Virus record (IMG/VR): IMGVR_UViG_3300034072_000369
Coordinates: 6,093 to 70,092 of that record
Reading direction: 5' to 3' (one strand)
DNA from: a virus
Length of the DNA stretch: 64,000 nt
Position numbers and translations under genes: made by a program. Below, in pieces: positions 10,225-23,200 of the stretch; position 1 is the stretch's first letter; the number at the start of each line of letters is the position of its first letter. The notes beneath the pieces were generated by a model. The model saw only the letters and a program-made list of their open reading frames with translations, had not been told where the DNA came from and searched no databases.

Positions 10225-10253
10225 ACCCAGGGTTAATATAATCCTGGGTTTTT
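10225..10253 (+). terminator. Intrinsic terminator/attenuator before the tape measure gene
   Basis: ACCCAGGGTTA-ATA-TAATCCTGGGT stem-loop followed by a T run. Confidence 0.65.
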
Positions 10254-10269
10254 AATTGAAAGGGTTTTC

Positions 10270-13200
10270 ATGGCTATAGTTTTGAAAACTATTTCAGATT
10301 CTTCACAGGCCCAAGCAGATCTAGCTAAGCTAAGAGATTCTGTAAATGGTATACAATCAAGTGTAGATAAAGTCTCTAATAGCTTCTCTAATTTTCTAAG
10401 GTTAGCTTCTGTAGGTATTGCTGGTTATGCAACTTTTCAAACATTTGCGAAATATTCAGATGAATTAACTAATCTAGAGACAAAACTTAGAGTAGCAACT
10501 CAAAGTCAACTAGAATTTACATTTGCATTAGATCAAGTTAGACGAATTGCAAACACAACACGTTCTGATCTTCAATCTGTTGCAAGTCTATATAGTAGAC
10601 TTTCTAGAGCAGGTAAAGATTTTGGTGCAGCACAAGGCGATATTGCTAAAGCTACTGAATTAATAAGCAAGGCAATGGCGGTATCGGGTTCTGGTGCACA
10701 AGAAGCAAATGCGGCTATTATTCAGTTAGGTCAAGCACTAGCATCTGGAAGACTAGCTGGAGATGAGTTACGTTCAATCTTAGAAAATGCACCACCATTA
10801 GCTGAAGCAATTGCTAAAGGCTTAGGTGTATCGATTGGTAAATTACGACAATTAGGTGAAGAAGGTAAATTATCTTCTGTTAATGTATTTAAAGCAATTC
10901 TAAAACAACAAGATGAAATTGAAAAGAATTTTGCAAAAGTTACTGTAACCTATGGCGCTGCTTTTCAAAATTTAGGTAACTCTCTTGTTATATTATTTGA
11001 TGAGGTAAAGAAAGCTGCATTAGGCTCTACTAGTGGATTTGCAGAATCTATCAATAATTTAGCAAATAGTATATTTAGCTTTGCAACAAATCTAGGCTTT
11101 ACTCTAGCTGTAGCTAAATTAAAATTAGTACTATTTGTAACTGATTCAGTTCTCTTATTTAATGATCTATGGGATTCATTAAAAGAAACTGGAGTTAGAA
11201 TTGAAGAAACTACTAGAACTTTATATGATAAATGGAGACCTACTTTAGTAAGGTTAACTGAAGATGTTGTTAGCTGGGCTAAGTATGTAGCTGTTGCTAG
11301 TACTGCAGCTGCTACTTCTTTATATGCAGCATTTCAAGCTACTAATATTGGCCAAATAATCATAAATAATACTAAGGCATTCATTAGTACTATTAGACAA
11401 TTCATTACTTCAGCATTTTCTACAATTTCTGCTAATATACCTAAAATAGATATAAGAAGTATATTTCCTGGTTTAGACTTAGCAATTCAATATGTAAGAG
11501 GTTGGGCAATTGCAGTAGAACGTTGGTTCTTTTGGCTTTATGATAAAGTTATTGGTAATTCATGGATTCCAGATTTAGTACAGAAAACTACTGAATGGGT
11601 TAGCAAACTAAATAAGAAACCTTTATCAATTATTGCCGAATTTGTTGAAAAAGCCAATTTAAGATTTGGTGGAATAAATATTACGGCACCATTTATTACT
11701 GGTGTTGCAGCCTTATATAAATTTAGAGGAATCCTCTTAAGTGTCTTAGGTGTATTTACTGCAATAGCAGCTGTAGTTGCTGGTTTTAAATTCTTTAAAG
11801 ATGGCACATTAGAGATAAGCCAGGAACCAGAAGTAAAGAAAACAAATAAACTTGAAGATCTTACTAGAAAATCTGTAGAAGGCTTACAAAAGGTTCGTAA
11901 ACAAATTGAAGAATCTTTTAATAATTCTTTATTAGGTCGAAGTCTTAAGCAATTATTCGGACTTAAAGATACAACACCTGGTCAAGTTTTTGGTGTTCAA
12001 ATTGATACAGAAGCTCAAGTAGGTCGTGGTCCATATCGAAGTTCAATGGATAGACCATTCGGTCATGACTTTATAAACATGTTGCCTCCAGGATGGCAAG
12101 TACCGTTGATTGCAGCATTTACTGGTGTATTTGCATTAGCAATTATTAAAGCATTTGACGGCGGTCCAGTAAGAAGTGTCCTATTAAGTGTAGTAACTAC
12201 TCTAGGTGCTATCTTTGCTTCTAGAGTTGTTGATGATAAGACGATTTCATCTTCATTTGGCAAGGCTGCATTTACTTTTATTAGTATTGTAGAAAAAGGT
12301 ATTACATCCCTATTTTCTGGTAGTGTGTTAAATGATCCTTTAGGTGTATTATCGACAGTTGCTAAAACAGCCTTACTGTTTCAAGCTGGTAGAGAAGCTA
12401 TTGCAAAAGCTGCATTAGGTATTGCCACAGCACCAACTAAAGCGGCACAAGCTGTTACATCTACTTTAGAACGTAATCTATTACGTAGAGATATTGATAA
12501 GACAAATAAAGAAATTGCAAAACTACCTAATAATCTAAAAGCAGCAGTTACTTCAAATAGAACAGCTTTTGATCAAACAGTTAATCAACTTGCTCAACTT
12601 AGAGATTCTAATGGTGCATTAATAGGTCAGCAAAGGGCGTTAGCTGCAATTAATGCTAGAAACGTATCTGCTTTTGGTACTCTAGAATCGAGAATTCGGA
12701 CTGGTGAAGGTATTCGTGGTCAAGATGCCTTAACTGCTTCTCAAGCTAATTTGAATAATGTAAGAGAAATCAGAAGAAATCTTGTAGCCAGTAGAGAAGA
12801 GTCATCTCGTCGTGAAAGACTTATTACTGAAAATTTACAGAAACAAGCTGATTCTTTAAGAGAAGGTATACGAAATGTCGGTGCAGGCGCAGGCGGAATT
12901 TTGGGCGGACTGGCGGGCCTCCAGATAGGCACAGAGATCGCCAGAGGCATGACCAGTAGCCCCGAATGGGTGCGGGTAGGCACTGCCCTTGGAATCTCGT
13001 TCGCGGGTCAAGCCGTGGGCGCTGGAATTGGTTCTATCATAGCTCAGACTTTTGTATCAGGTGTGTCCGGAGTTGGTAGCCTAATTGGGAGAGCAGTTTT
13101 GTTTGCTCTTACACCAATTGCTGCAATTATTGCAAGCCCATTTCTACTTGCTGCTGCAGGTATAGTAGCATTAATCACTGCTGCCTTAAATTGGGATTCA

Positions 13201-16041
13201 TTAAAGTCAATATTTAATAATTTTAGTGAATTTTGGAAAGCTAAGATATCCCCTATATTAGACGGTCTAGTTAGTAGACTTGAAGTACTATGGCAAGATA
13301 TTAAACGTGGCATAACAAATAGATTAGATCTTAATAGACCTGTTGCAGACTTACCTGTTGTTGGTGAAGTAACTAGAAAAGATGTTACAGACATAGCAGC
13401 AACTACGGGAATTATTGCAGCAATTGCAGCTAAATTAGGTGCATTTGATAAACTAGTAGGAAGTTTTAGAGCTGGATTAGCTTCTAATCTTGCCGGTATA
13501 TCGATGCAGGTGGATTTGTTTAGACAAACTGTTTTGTCTAATCTCGGAAATCTTAGAGCTTCTCTAGGACCTTTAGCAACATTAGGCGCTGTAATCATGG
13601 GCGCTATTACTGCAGTTTTATCAGTAGGTGCAGTAAAAGTTGCAATTGTAGCTGGAGTCTCATATCTTGTTTACAAATTAGTTACTGAACTTACAGGTTT
13701 TCTAGTTGATGAAACAAAAGCTCAAAAGCCATCACTTCCATCTAGTCCTGCTGTTTCTGCAATTCCAAGAGCAATGGGTGGTTGGATAAGTGGTCCAGGA
13801 ACATCTACATCAGATTCTATTCCTGCTCTATTATCTAATGGTGAATTTGTTGTAAATGCAAAAGATGCAAGAAAGAATTGGGATATATTAACAGCAATTA
13901 ATAGTGGCATGGGAGTACGTAGATATGCCGAAGGCACAGCTACTACAAGTACCGGTGCTACAGAAATTGCAGTTCAAATATTTGAACGTCTTAAGAGTCT
14001 ATTAGGTTTTAATAAACCAGCTGCACCTTCTACTACACTTCCTTCTGGACAAGAGTTAAAAGGAACTCTTCAAAGCTTATTAGAGAGTTCTAATAATCTT
14101 GATAAAGCTTTTGTAGAGACTAAAAAGTCTTTAGAGAATGCAGGATTTGAAAGTGTAGATCTAAAAGCAATTAAGAATCTTGCAGAAAGAGATCCTGCTC
14201 AATTTAGAAAATTTGCTAGTGCTATTGATGAAGCTAATAAAGCTATCTTAAATAGTACTGATAAACGACTCAGTCAATTCTTGCGTAATGAAAATTTACA
14301 GCGAGCTAATGATGTTTTCAGAAGTATTGCAGATAATTTAGCAAAAGCTGGAATTGCTCAAGTTCCTAGTAAATTTGTTGAGCAACCTGAAGAAAAGAAA
14401 CCAACTAAACTAACTTTTGGTGATGAATTAAAGCTAATTCAAGAGGCATTTCCAGAACTTACGATAACATTAGAAGAACTTTCTAATATGTCAGATACAG
14501 TTCGTGAGAGACTTCTTCGAGATGCTGCTAGTATTGCACAAAAAATAAATGCAATTAATTCATTAGAAATAGGAACGTTAGAAGGCGGACTTGCAAGTAA
14601 ATTGCCAGGTGGTGAAATAAATAAACGTCGTCAAGCTATTGAAACAGAACGTAAATCTAGTTTGACACAAGCTAGAGACGCTGTTAAAGCTTTCAGAGTT
14701 CCATTTAAAGACTTAAAAGTTGATTTTGATAAAATCGGAATAAATATTTCTGAAGAAGCTTTTAATTCACTAGATGAGATTACGCTAGGCCTTATTGAAG
14801 GTTTAAGATCTAAAGCAGTTGAACAATTTGACGTAATTAAGAAAGTTGATGTTACATCAGATGTTAGAAGACGAGCACAAGAATCTTTTGGTGAAATTAC
14901 TAAAGATATTAATAAGATTCTTCAAGAAGCACCAACAAGAGGTCTTAGAAATCTGGAAGGATTTAAGACTCGTATTGCTTCCCTTGGAATTCAAATTGAT
15001 GAAAATATCTTTAATGCATTAACAAATGCAGAAAGAGATAGAGTTGAGCAATCTGCAATTCAAGTAAATGCTCTTAGAACTCAAATAAAAGAGTTTGAAA
15101 AAGATCCATCTAAAGACCCATCTGGTGCTTTTAGAAATATATTGCAAAAGATTATTGATGATATATTAACAGATTCTACTAACTTTATTAATACTAAAGG
15201 TAAAGATTATAAGTCAAGAGCAACTCTAGCAGGAGAATCTCTAGCATCAAGTGTAAGTGAATCTCTTAGTAGTGGTCTTAGTAATGTTCTAAAAGGTAAA
15301 GCAACACCTAAAGAATTTTTAAGAGGAGTTCTAGATACATTTACTAGTGGTGTAATCGATACATTTGTAAAAGGCTTATTAGATCCATTTACTAATCAAG
15401 AAAAAGGCCCATTAAATACATTATTAAAAGGTCTAGGAACTGGCATATTTAAATCTGGTGAACAGACTGCTGAGAATGCAAGTCAATTAGTAAAAGAAAC
15501 TCCGACTGAATTCTCATTTGGCGGAATATTTGAAACATTTTCAAAGTCGTTTAAAGGCTTCTTTGACTCTTTTAAAGGCCTATTTACTAATCTAGATTTT
15601 GGAAGTCTATTCAGCGGAATAAGCAGTCTATTCAAAACTGGATTTAGTTCTGTTTTCAGTTTATTTGGATTTGCAGAAGGCGGCAAAGTAAGTGGTCCTG
15701 GAACAGGAACTTCTGATTCAGTTCCAGCAATGTTGTCTAATGGTGAATTTGTAGTAAACGCTCAAGCTACTAGAAAGAATCTAGCTCTGTTAACGGCAAT
15801 AAATGGAAATAGATTTAGAAAGTTCATGGAAGGTGGCTTAGTATCGACTGCAATGATAGCATCACCTGCAATGGCTAATATTGGACCTGCAACTATTGCT
15901 CAAAACAAAGGTCAACAAGTCTTTAATATTAATATCACTGGTGACATTAGTAGGCAAACAAAAGCTGAAATTTATCAAATGCTTCCATCAATTGCCGAAG
16001 GTGTTAATTCACACAACAGAGAAAGAGGTTATAAAGGGTAA
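10270..16041 (+). CDS. Tail tape measure protein
   Basis: 1923 aa, Ala/Leu-rich helical; N-terminal tape-measure motif QLGQALASGRLAGDELRSILEN; two GGxxSGPGTxTSDSxPAxLSNGEFVVNA motifs. Confidence 0.92.
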   Translation: MAIVLKTISDSSQAQADLAKLRDSVNGIQSSVDKVSNSFSNFLRLASVGIAGYATFQTFAKYSDELTNLETKLRVATQSQLEFTFALDQVRRIANTTRSDLQSVASLYSRLSRAGKDFGAAQGDIAKATELISKAMAVSGSGAQEANAAIIQLGQALASGRLAGDELRSILENAPPLAEAIAKGLGVSIGKLRQLGEEGKLSSVNVFKAILKQQDEIEKNFAKVTVTYGAAFQNLGNSLVILFDEVKKAALGSTSGFAESINNLANSIFSFATNLGFTLAVAKLKLVLFVTDSVLLFNDLWDSLKETGVRIEETTRTLYDKWRPTLVRLTEDVVSWAKYVAVASTAAATSLYAAFQATNIGQIIINNTKAFISTIRQFITSAFSTISANIPKIDIRSIFPGLDLAIQYVRGWAIAVERWFFWLYDKVIGNSWIPDLVQKTTEWVSKLNKKPLSIIAEFVEKANLRFGGINITAPFITGVAALYKFRGILLSVLGVFTAIAAVVAGFKFFKDGTLEISQEPEVKKTNKLEDLTRKSVEGLQKVRKQIEESFNNSLLGRSLKQLFGLKDTTPGQVFGVQIDTEAQVGRGPYRSSMDRPFGHDFINMLPPGWQVPLIAAFTGVFALAIIKAFDGGPVRSVLLSVVTTLGAIFASRVVDDKTISSSFGKAAFTFISIVEKGITSLFSGSVLNDPLGVLSTVAKTALLFQAGREAIAKAALGIATAPTKAAQAVTSTLERNLLRRDIDKTNKEIAKLPNNLKAAVTSNRTAFDQTVNQLAQLRDSNGALIGQQRALAAINARNVSAFGTLESRIRTGEGIRGQDALTASQANLNNVREIRRNLVASREESSRRERLITENLQKQADSLREGIRNVGAGAGGILGGLAGLQIGTEIARGMTSSPEWVRVGTALGISFAGQAVGAGIGSIIAQTFVSGVSGVGSLIGRAVLFALTPIAAIIASPFLLAAAGIVALITAALNWDSLKSIFNNFSEFWKAKISPILDGLVSRLEVLWQDIKRGITNRLDLNRPVADLPVVGEVTRKDVTDIAATTGIIAAIAAKLGAFDKLVGSFRAGLASNLAGISMQVDLFRQTVLSNLGNLRASLGPLATLGAVIMGAITAVLSVGAVKVAIVAGVSYLVYKLVTELTGFLVDETKAQKPSLPSSPAVSAIPRAMGGWISGPGTSTSDSIPALLSNGEFVVNAKDARKNWDILTAINSGMGVRRYAEGTATTSTGATEIAVQIFERLKSLLGFNKPAAPSTTLPSGQELKGTLQSLLESSNNLDKAFVETKKSLENAGFESVDLKAIKNLAERDPAQFRKFASAIDEANKAILNSTDKRLSQFLRNENLQRANDVFRSIADNLAKAGIAQVPSKFVEQPEEKKPTKLTFGDELKLIQEAFPELTITLEELSNMSDTVRERLLRDAASIAQKINAINSLEIGTLEGGLASKLPGGEINKRRQAIETERKSSLTQARDAVKAFRVPFKDLKVDFDKIGINISEEAFNSLDEITLGLIEGLRSKAVEQFDVIKKVDVTSDVRRRAQESFGEITKDINKILQEAPTRGLRNLEGFKTRIASLGIQIDENIFNALTNAERDRVEQSAIQVNALRTQIKEFEKDPSKDPSGAFRNILQKIIDDILTDSTNFINTKGKDYKSRATLAGESLASSVSESLSSGLSNVLKGKATPKEFLRGVLDTFTSGVIDTFVKGLLDPFTNQEKGPLNTLLKGLGTGIFKSGEQTAENASQLVKETPTEFSFGGIFETFSKSFKGFFDSFKGLFTNLDFGSLFSGISSLFKTGFSSVFSLFGFAEGGKVSGPGTGTSDSVPAMLSNGEFVVNAQATRKNLALLTAINGNRFRKFMEGGLVSTAMIASPAMANIGPATIAQNKGQQVFNINITGDISRQTKAEIYQMLPSIAEGVNSHNRERGYKG

Positions 16042-16043
16042 AT

Positions 16044-16637
16044 ATGTACGGTATCTATGAAAACAATCAGGTAATTGCTAAATTTGTAGCTCCAACTACA
16101 TTACGTAGCAATCAACCTATGACTGTTTCAGATACCCTTTCTCTAAAAAGACAAGTATCTAGGCGATCAGCTCAACGGTGGGAGATTACATCTAATCTCG
16201 AGCCACTGTCAGATGACGCTGAAGATTTATTTGTTAATTTAGTTACAAAGGGTTTTTCTGAAACAGTATCAATTACAGTACCACAAAATGTAGGTTCAGT
16301 TAGAAAGACAACATCAACAGCTAGTTCGCCAAAAGCTACAGGGTCAGCTAATGCAACTCAACTAACTGTAGTAGATAATGCAGGTATAATTGCCAAAGGC
16401 ACTTTAATTAAATTTGATAATCATTCTAAAATTTATATGTTAACATCTGACTTAAGTGCAAACGGCTCGCTAAATATCTATCCGGCTCTTAGAATTGCTG
16501 TTAATAATACTTCATTTAAATTCAAGAAAGATGTTATTATGAGTTGCCTTTATGATACAGATACAGTAATGGGTATGGTCTATTCTGATGGTATTTTAAT
16601 GGATATGGGTACTGTAACACTCATAGAGAAATTATGA
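16044..16637 (+). CDS. Putative distal tail protein
   Basis: 197 aa directly after the tape measure gene. Confidence 0.6.
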   Translation: MYGIYENNQVIAKFVAPTTLRSNQPMTVSDTLSLKRQVSRRSAQRWEITSNLEPLSDDAEDLFVNLVTKGFSETVSITVPQNVGSVRKTTSTASSPKATGSANATQLTVVDNAGIIAKGTLIKFDNHSKIYMLTSDLSANGSLNIYPALRIAVNNTSFKFKKDVIMSCLYDTDTVMGMVYSDGILMDMGTVTLIEKL

Positions 16638-17203
16638 TTGAGTTTAGTTCAACAATTATTTCGCTTCTACAAAATCCATCTGTAGATGCATTTTATATGG
16701 TGAGAATTTATGCGTACTATACTACTTCTCACTTTAATAATATTACTTTATCAAATGGCGAAACTTATGTAGCTGACGGTCGGATTGTTCAAGTTGATCC
16801 TCCAAAATTATCTGCTACAGTAGATCGTGAATTATATAAGGTAACTTTAGCAGATCCAGACTATACACTAGGTGCTGCAGCACAGTCTGGATTAGTAGGA
16901 AAAGAATTTGAAGTTCGTATCGGATTTATAAATCCAAGTACAAACGCACCTTATACACAACTTGCCAATACTATCTTAGCCTACAAGGGTTTAGTAGATA
17001 GTATTGCCTATAATATCGGTACAGGAAATGTGAATGAAGCGATTCTTAGTGTAACAGGTTCTAGCCCTATGTCTGATTTAGATTTAACAAGGTCTTTTTA
17101 TACAAGTAAGGAATATATCAGAACATTAAACACTAATGATACTTGTTTTGATCAGATCTATGAAGGATCTGGACCTGTACAACTTAAATGGGGTAGAGGA
17201 TAA
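16634..17203 (+). CDS. Putative tail tip/hub protein
   Basis: 189 aa ending ...DTCFDQI...LKWG, a pattern typical of siphovirus tail-tip proteins; gene order. Confidence 0.55.
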   Translation: MIEFSSTIISLLQNPSVDAFYMVRIYAYYTTSHFNNITLSNGETYVADGRIVQVDPPKLSATVDRELYKVTLADPDYTLGAAAQSGLVGKEFEVRIGFINPSTNAPYTQLANTILAYKGLVDSIAYNIGTGNVNEAILSVTGSSPMSDLDLTRSFYTSKEYIRTLNTNDTCFDQIYEGSGPVQLKWGRG

Positions 17204-20200
17204 TGGCAGTCGTTATTGGAACATTAACAGTTACTTGGGCAATGGTACAAACAGCTATTGTCATTGCGTCTATTAGTTATAACCTATATCAAGCAAAGAA
17301 AGCACGAAGAGCTGCTAGAGAAGCTGCAGAAGCTAGAAAAGGCTTTGAACTCGTCACTGAAGGTGAAGTGATCTCTCTACCAATTGTATATGGTAGAGGT
17401 ATGGTAGGTGGTGTTAGAGTATACCACAATGTAAGTAGTACTTTTAAATTTCCAAGTATAACTGTACCCGCTGATAAAACTTTTTCAACAGGTGCAAATG
17501 CAAGAGATGGAGATGTATATACTTACACCGATGAACAAGGCACTGTTACAACTTCTGCATATAACGGAATTAGTGAAAAGAAGCTAAATCAAAATATTGA
17601 TGGAAACAAGAATGAATTTTTATTCTTTCAGCAGGCATTTTGTCAAGGCCCTATCAATGCAGTATATGATGTAATTATTGAAGAGTCACAATTTATTGAT
17701 GACCCAGCACTAGGTGATTCTGCCACTAAGACTATCTACAAAGGTGGTTCATTTGTCGAAGATAGTGATCCTAAAGCTGCATTAAGATTTAGCTTCTTCT
17801 ATAATGGTGGCAATGATCAGATTATTGCGAATAATTTTCCTGAAAGACAGACTGCATTATTTACAAATATTGCGTATCTATCTGCAGTTATAAGGCTAGA
17901 TCGAGATGAGCCTCAATTTGATAGAATACCTAACATTCAAGCATTGATTGAAGGTCGTAAGGTTAAAGTAATTAACAGAACAGGTACTTCTGGAAATTAT
18001 ACATATAGTCTAGCTTCATCATTAACTTATTCTAATAATCCAGCGTATTGTTTACTAGATTATCTTCTAGATTCTACATCAGGAAAAGCTCTACTACTTT
18101 CTCAAATAGATCTAAAGAGTTTCTACGATGCAGCTCAAGTTTGTGATATAACAATTCAAAACAATGTAAATATTGGTGGTAAAATTTGGCAACCAACAGA
18201 TGGTTCTAGAAATGTATCAACTAGAAATTTACCTCTATATGAATGTAATATCGTAATAGATACTTCTAAACCAGTTAGAGAAAATGTAGAGGCAATATTA
18301 GCTACAATGGGTGATGCACGTTTGATTTGGTCACAAGGTAGTTATAAGCTTTCGTTACAATATCCTTTAACTAATTCTGCAATTAATCTAGCAACTACTC
18401 TAACAGATGATGATTTAGTTCATGATAAAGCTGTAGAAGTAGGTTGGCCTAGCTCTAGTCAACGACTCAATAGCTGCACAATTCGTTTTCATAATGAAGC
18501 TAATAACTTTAAAGAAGACTCTGTGTCATGGCCGCCTAAGACTAATCAACAATACACTAGAGGTATTGGTGCTAAACGCTACAATCCAGTTTCAGGCTGG
18601 GAAGCTAATAGTGATGGCCATAAGTTATTAAATAATTATGCTGTATGGGATGGCGGAACTACAAGTACCTCTATGATTTGGCGTATTATTCCTAAAATAT
18701 CTGGAATATATACTTTACAACTAGCTGCAGACAATAGTGCTACTCTGACATTGGCTGGAAGTTCGACTGGCGCAAGTGATCATAATGCTGTAGTTAATAG
18801 TACTAGAGCTTTAAATGCTAATCAAGAATATATACTTACAATTACTGGATCAGATGACAATAATGGTGGTAGAGGCGTTGCAGCTATTTTAACTGCGCCT
18901 GACGGTACTACTTTATGGACTACTCGAAGTGAGTCTTACTCATCATTTGTAAATGTTACTCAAACAAACACTATTTACAATGCAATGCTAGCAGAAGATA
19001 ATAGCATTACATTAGAAACAGATTTGTTTGCAGAAGGTATTACAGATTACTATCATGCCTTAGCTAAAGCTGAGGAAATGGTTAGAGTTAGTCGTAGTGC
19101 AATTGTCGTAAGATTCCAATATATACTGAAGGATAAATACTTAGAGCCTGGTGATATTATTAAATTAAATAGCACCACTTTAAATCTTGGCAATACTGCA
19201 GATTTGTTCTTAAGAGTTGATGAAGTAAGATTAATGGAAGGTTCTATTTGCGAGATAAGTGCTACACGATTTGATTATACACAATTAGCATGGTCTGTAA
19301 AACCTGCAGAATCTGTTGTATCTCCTAATCTTTATAACTTCTATCTGACTGCTCCCTCTTATGTAACATTTACGTCTGGCAACAATATTATTAATAACTC
19401 GCCAGGAACTCTTACATGGGGTCTTTCACCTGAGACATCTATTAGCGGATATATAATTTATTTTCATGAGTTTCAGAATTTGGATTCGGGCGGTAGACCT
19501 ATATTTGTTGAAATAGGCAGAGCTACAGCACCACCATTCTATGTACCAGACCTAGGATCTGTTATTGGTGTATTTGGTGTAAGAGCATTTACAAATACAA
19601 TAACATCTGAAATTGCAGTAACTAGTACAACACAAGTTACCAAGATTGATGCATTACTGAATCCACCAACAGCTACAAACTTAAGTGCGGCCTTGTTTGG
19701 TGATTTCGATCAAGCGATTAAATTAAATTGGACTATTCCTAGTATTAGATCTAATGGTATAAACTATGAAGATCATGAACTAACTAGAATTTATCGTGCA
19801 AAAGATGTTCAAAATCCCAGCTTTATTGAAATAGGGACTAGTGCTAATAATGAGTTTATTGACAATACAAATGAATTTGGTGACTTATTATACAAAGTTA
19901 GATTAGAAAGTACTAGAAAACTCTTAGGATCATTTTCTAATACAGCAGCTGTAAATCTTCCGGCAGATAACGCATTAGCGTCTGATCGAGCTACAATATT
20001 TGCGTATAAGAGAAGCTTAGATCCTCTGTCATCAAATGATAATCCTGGAAGTGCAACGTATTCTTTTGCAACCAATCAGATAACTAGTACTTTAGCGAAC
20101 AACTGGAGTAAGGTAATTCCATCTGGAGATGATACACTCTATGTCGTTGTCGCGATTGTATCTTCCCCCTCGTCTACAATTACCTTTCCAGCATCAGCTT

Positions 20201-23200
20201 GGTCTTCTCCTTCCATATTTGTAAAAACTGGTCAAGATGCAGTTAATATAGATTTGCTGTCTGAAGCAGATGTGACTAGAGCTGAACAGGACGGCACTAA
20301 TTACTCATTACCACCAAATAATGCTATTCGTTTATATAAAGGTGGAGAATTACTTACTTCGAATGTTGTCTATTCAGGTACAATTACTAAAAATGGTCTT
20401 ACGGCAACTGTTAACTCTAGCACAGGTCAAGTAACCTTTACAGGCGGTTCATGGACAACTAATACAGAATCTTTCATATTTCAGGCTGTTTATGGTGGAA
20501 ATACATATTCTGTATTGTATACATACGCTAAAAGTAAAGATGGCGATGATGCTATCATCCCTGACTTAAAGTCTGAATCTGAGATTGCCTTTGCAAATGT
20601 AAACGGAATTGTATCAACATTGCCAGTAGGAAATGAGTTTAGACTATACAAAGGTGGTACAATTCTTAATTCTGGGCTTAATTTCTTTATTGGAAGTTCA
20701 GGTACTCAATCTCAAACTAAAAATGGCCTTACATTAACAATAAATGCAACTACTGGTGCATTTAGCCTAACACAGAGTAGTTGGTCTTCGGATTTTGAAC
20801 AATTCACACTAAGTTGTATTTATGACTCTATAACATATAGTAAGATTTATAGCTTAACAAAGCAAAGAGTAGGTGCAACTGGAGCTGCAGCTGCCTTATT
20901 TACAATTGATAATGCTGCTGCTATCTTCAAAAAAGATAAAAATGATTTAATTACACCTGAAACAATAACTCTAGTAACTACTGCAATAAATGTATCTGCC
21001 ATTGATGGCTATAAATGGTATAAAAATGATACTGAAATATCTGGTGCAACAAGTTCTACATATTCAGTACCTAAAGCCGACTTTAATGCAACCACATCGA
21101 ATACTTATAAATGTATATTAACAGGTACAATAAATGGTATTACAAATAGCACACTTCAAGACTTTATTGTAATACCTCGACTTGATGATGGTGCTGAAAC
21201 GCCTACGGTAGTTATTTCTAATAATGCTGTTCAATTTCAAGGTCCAACTACAGGTTATGATGGGATTACATTTACTAGTGCTCATCAAGTAGTCGTTAAT
21301 GCTTATATAGGTACTACTCAATTATCTTATGGTACTTCTGGCGCATATACTTTTAGCGTAACTAAAGCAAATACTGGAATCACTGTAGCTACAGGAACAG
21401 GCTCTGGTGTGGATTACGTAATACCGCAACCTAGTGGCGTTTCCTCAGATACCGCTTATGTAGATCTTACCATTATAATAAGAGGATTAGGAGGAACGGT
21501 AGCTGCTACCTTAACAAGACGTATTTTATATGTAATTAGTCGAGCAGGCTATGATACAATATTTTTAGACTTAACCAACGATATTCACACTATACCTGCA
21601 GACGAACTAGGTGTTGCCCTTAGCTACAATGGTGCAACAACTACTATGAGTGTAATTAGGGCAGGTCTAGATGAGAGTAATCTATGGACAATAGATAGCT
21701 CAGCAAGCACTGGGATTACTTACGATAAATCTAATAGCAATAGAACTGCGACTGTTACAGCTGTTACAAATGGCTTTGAGAATGGAGTTATTACATTTAC
21801 AGCAACAAGAACAGGCTTTACAACTCGAAGCGTAGACTTTACCGTTACTAAGCTTAAAGGTGGCAAGGATACTATTGTAATTGATCTGTCGAATGATTCT
21901 CACATATTTCCGTCATCAAGTGCAGGAGTAGTCTCGACTTATCTAGGTGGATCTACAAATCTTACATTATACAAAGGTGGTATTAATGACACTGCTAATT
22001 GGACTATTGTCACAGCTGTAAGTAATCCTAATATTCTGATTAATGGCGCTAATAGTGCATCTGTCGAAATAATATCTTTTCCTGATAATCTAGATTCAGG
22101 TTATATAGACTTTACAGCAAGTAGATCAGGATTCTCTACACAATCTGCAAGATTTTCCTTTATTAAAGGCAAGCAAGGTTTTAAAGGAGAACCTGCAGTT
22201 ACTTTAGCATTAAGTAATGAAGTTCATAGTATTCCTGCTAATGCAGGTGGAATTCCACTTTCATATAGCGGAGCCTCTTCAACTGCAACTATACTGTTTG
22301 CTGGAGTTGATGATTCTTCTAATTGGACTTTTGATTCTACGGCTTCTGCAGGAATTACTTATTCTAAATCTAATAGTAATAGAACAGCTACTATATTAGT
22401 AATTGAAAATACATTTACTGCCGGTTATATAGATTTTACAGCAACTCGTGCGGGATATACTACTCAAACTTCTAGATTTATTGTTAATAAACTTAATGCA
22501 GGTAAAGATACCGTCATTGTAAATTTAACTAACGATTCACATCCACTTCCTGCTGATCTAAGTGGAGTAGTAACTAGTTACACAGGAGCATCCTCTACAG
22601 TATCAATCTTTGTAGGAGATGTAGATGATACTGCTAATTGGACTATATCTATTACAAGCAGCACAGGTGTTACTGCTAGTTTATCTGGTGCTACTGCTAC
22701 TGTCTCTGCAATTGCAGATAATGTCGATTCTGGATATGTTGATTTTACTGTAAGTAAGATTAATTATCCAACAAGAGTATTAAGATTTAGTCTTGCAAAG
22801 GCAAGACAAGGAGCAGTCGGCACTGCAGCTATATTTTTAGATCTTAGCAATGACAGTCATGAGATTCCTGCAAATGCAAATGGAGACGCACTATCTTACG
22901 TAGGAGCGGCTAGCACTGCAACAATTTTGAGTGGTGGTGTTGATGACTCTGCTAATTGGTCATTTGATGCAGTAGCTTCAGCTGGTATTACCATAGAAAA
23001 GTCTAATAACAATCGAACTGCAACTGTTACTGCGGTTACTAATGCATTTCTTTCTGGTACTGTAACATTTACTGCAACTAGAAGTGGATATTCTAACAGG
23101 ATCAGTATATTTAGTTTATCTAAACTATTGCAAGGAGAAACTGGTGATTCTGCTGTCTCAATACAGCTATCTAATGACAATCATCCTTTACCGGCATTAA

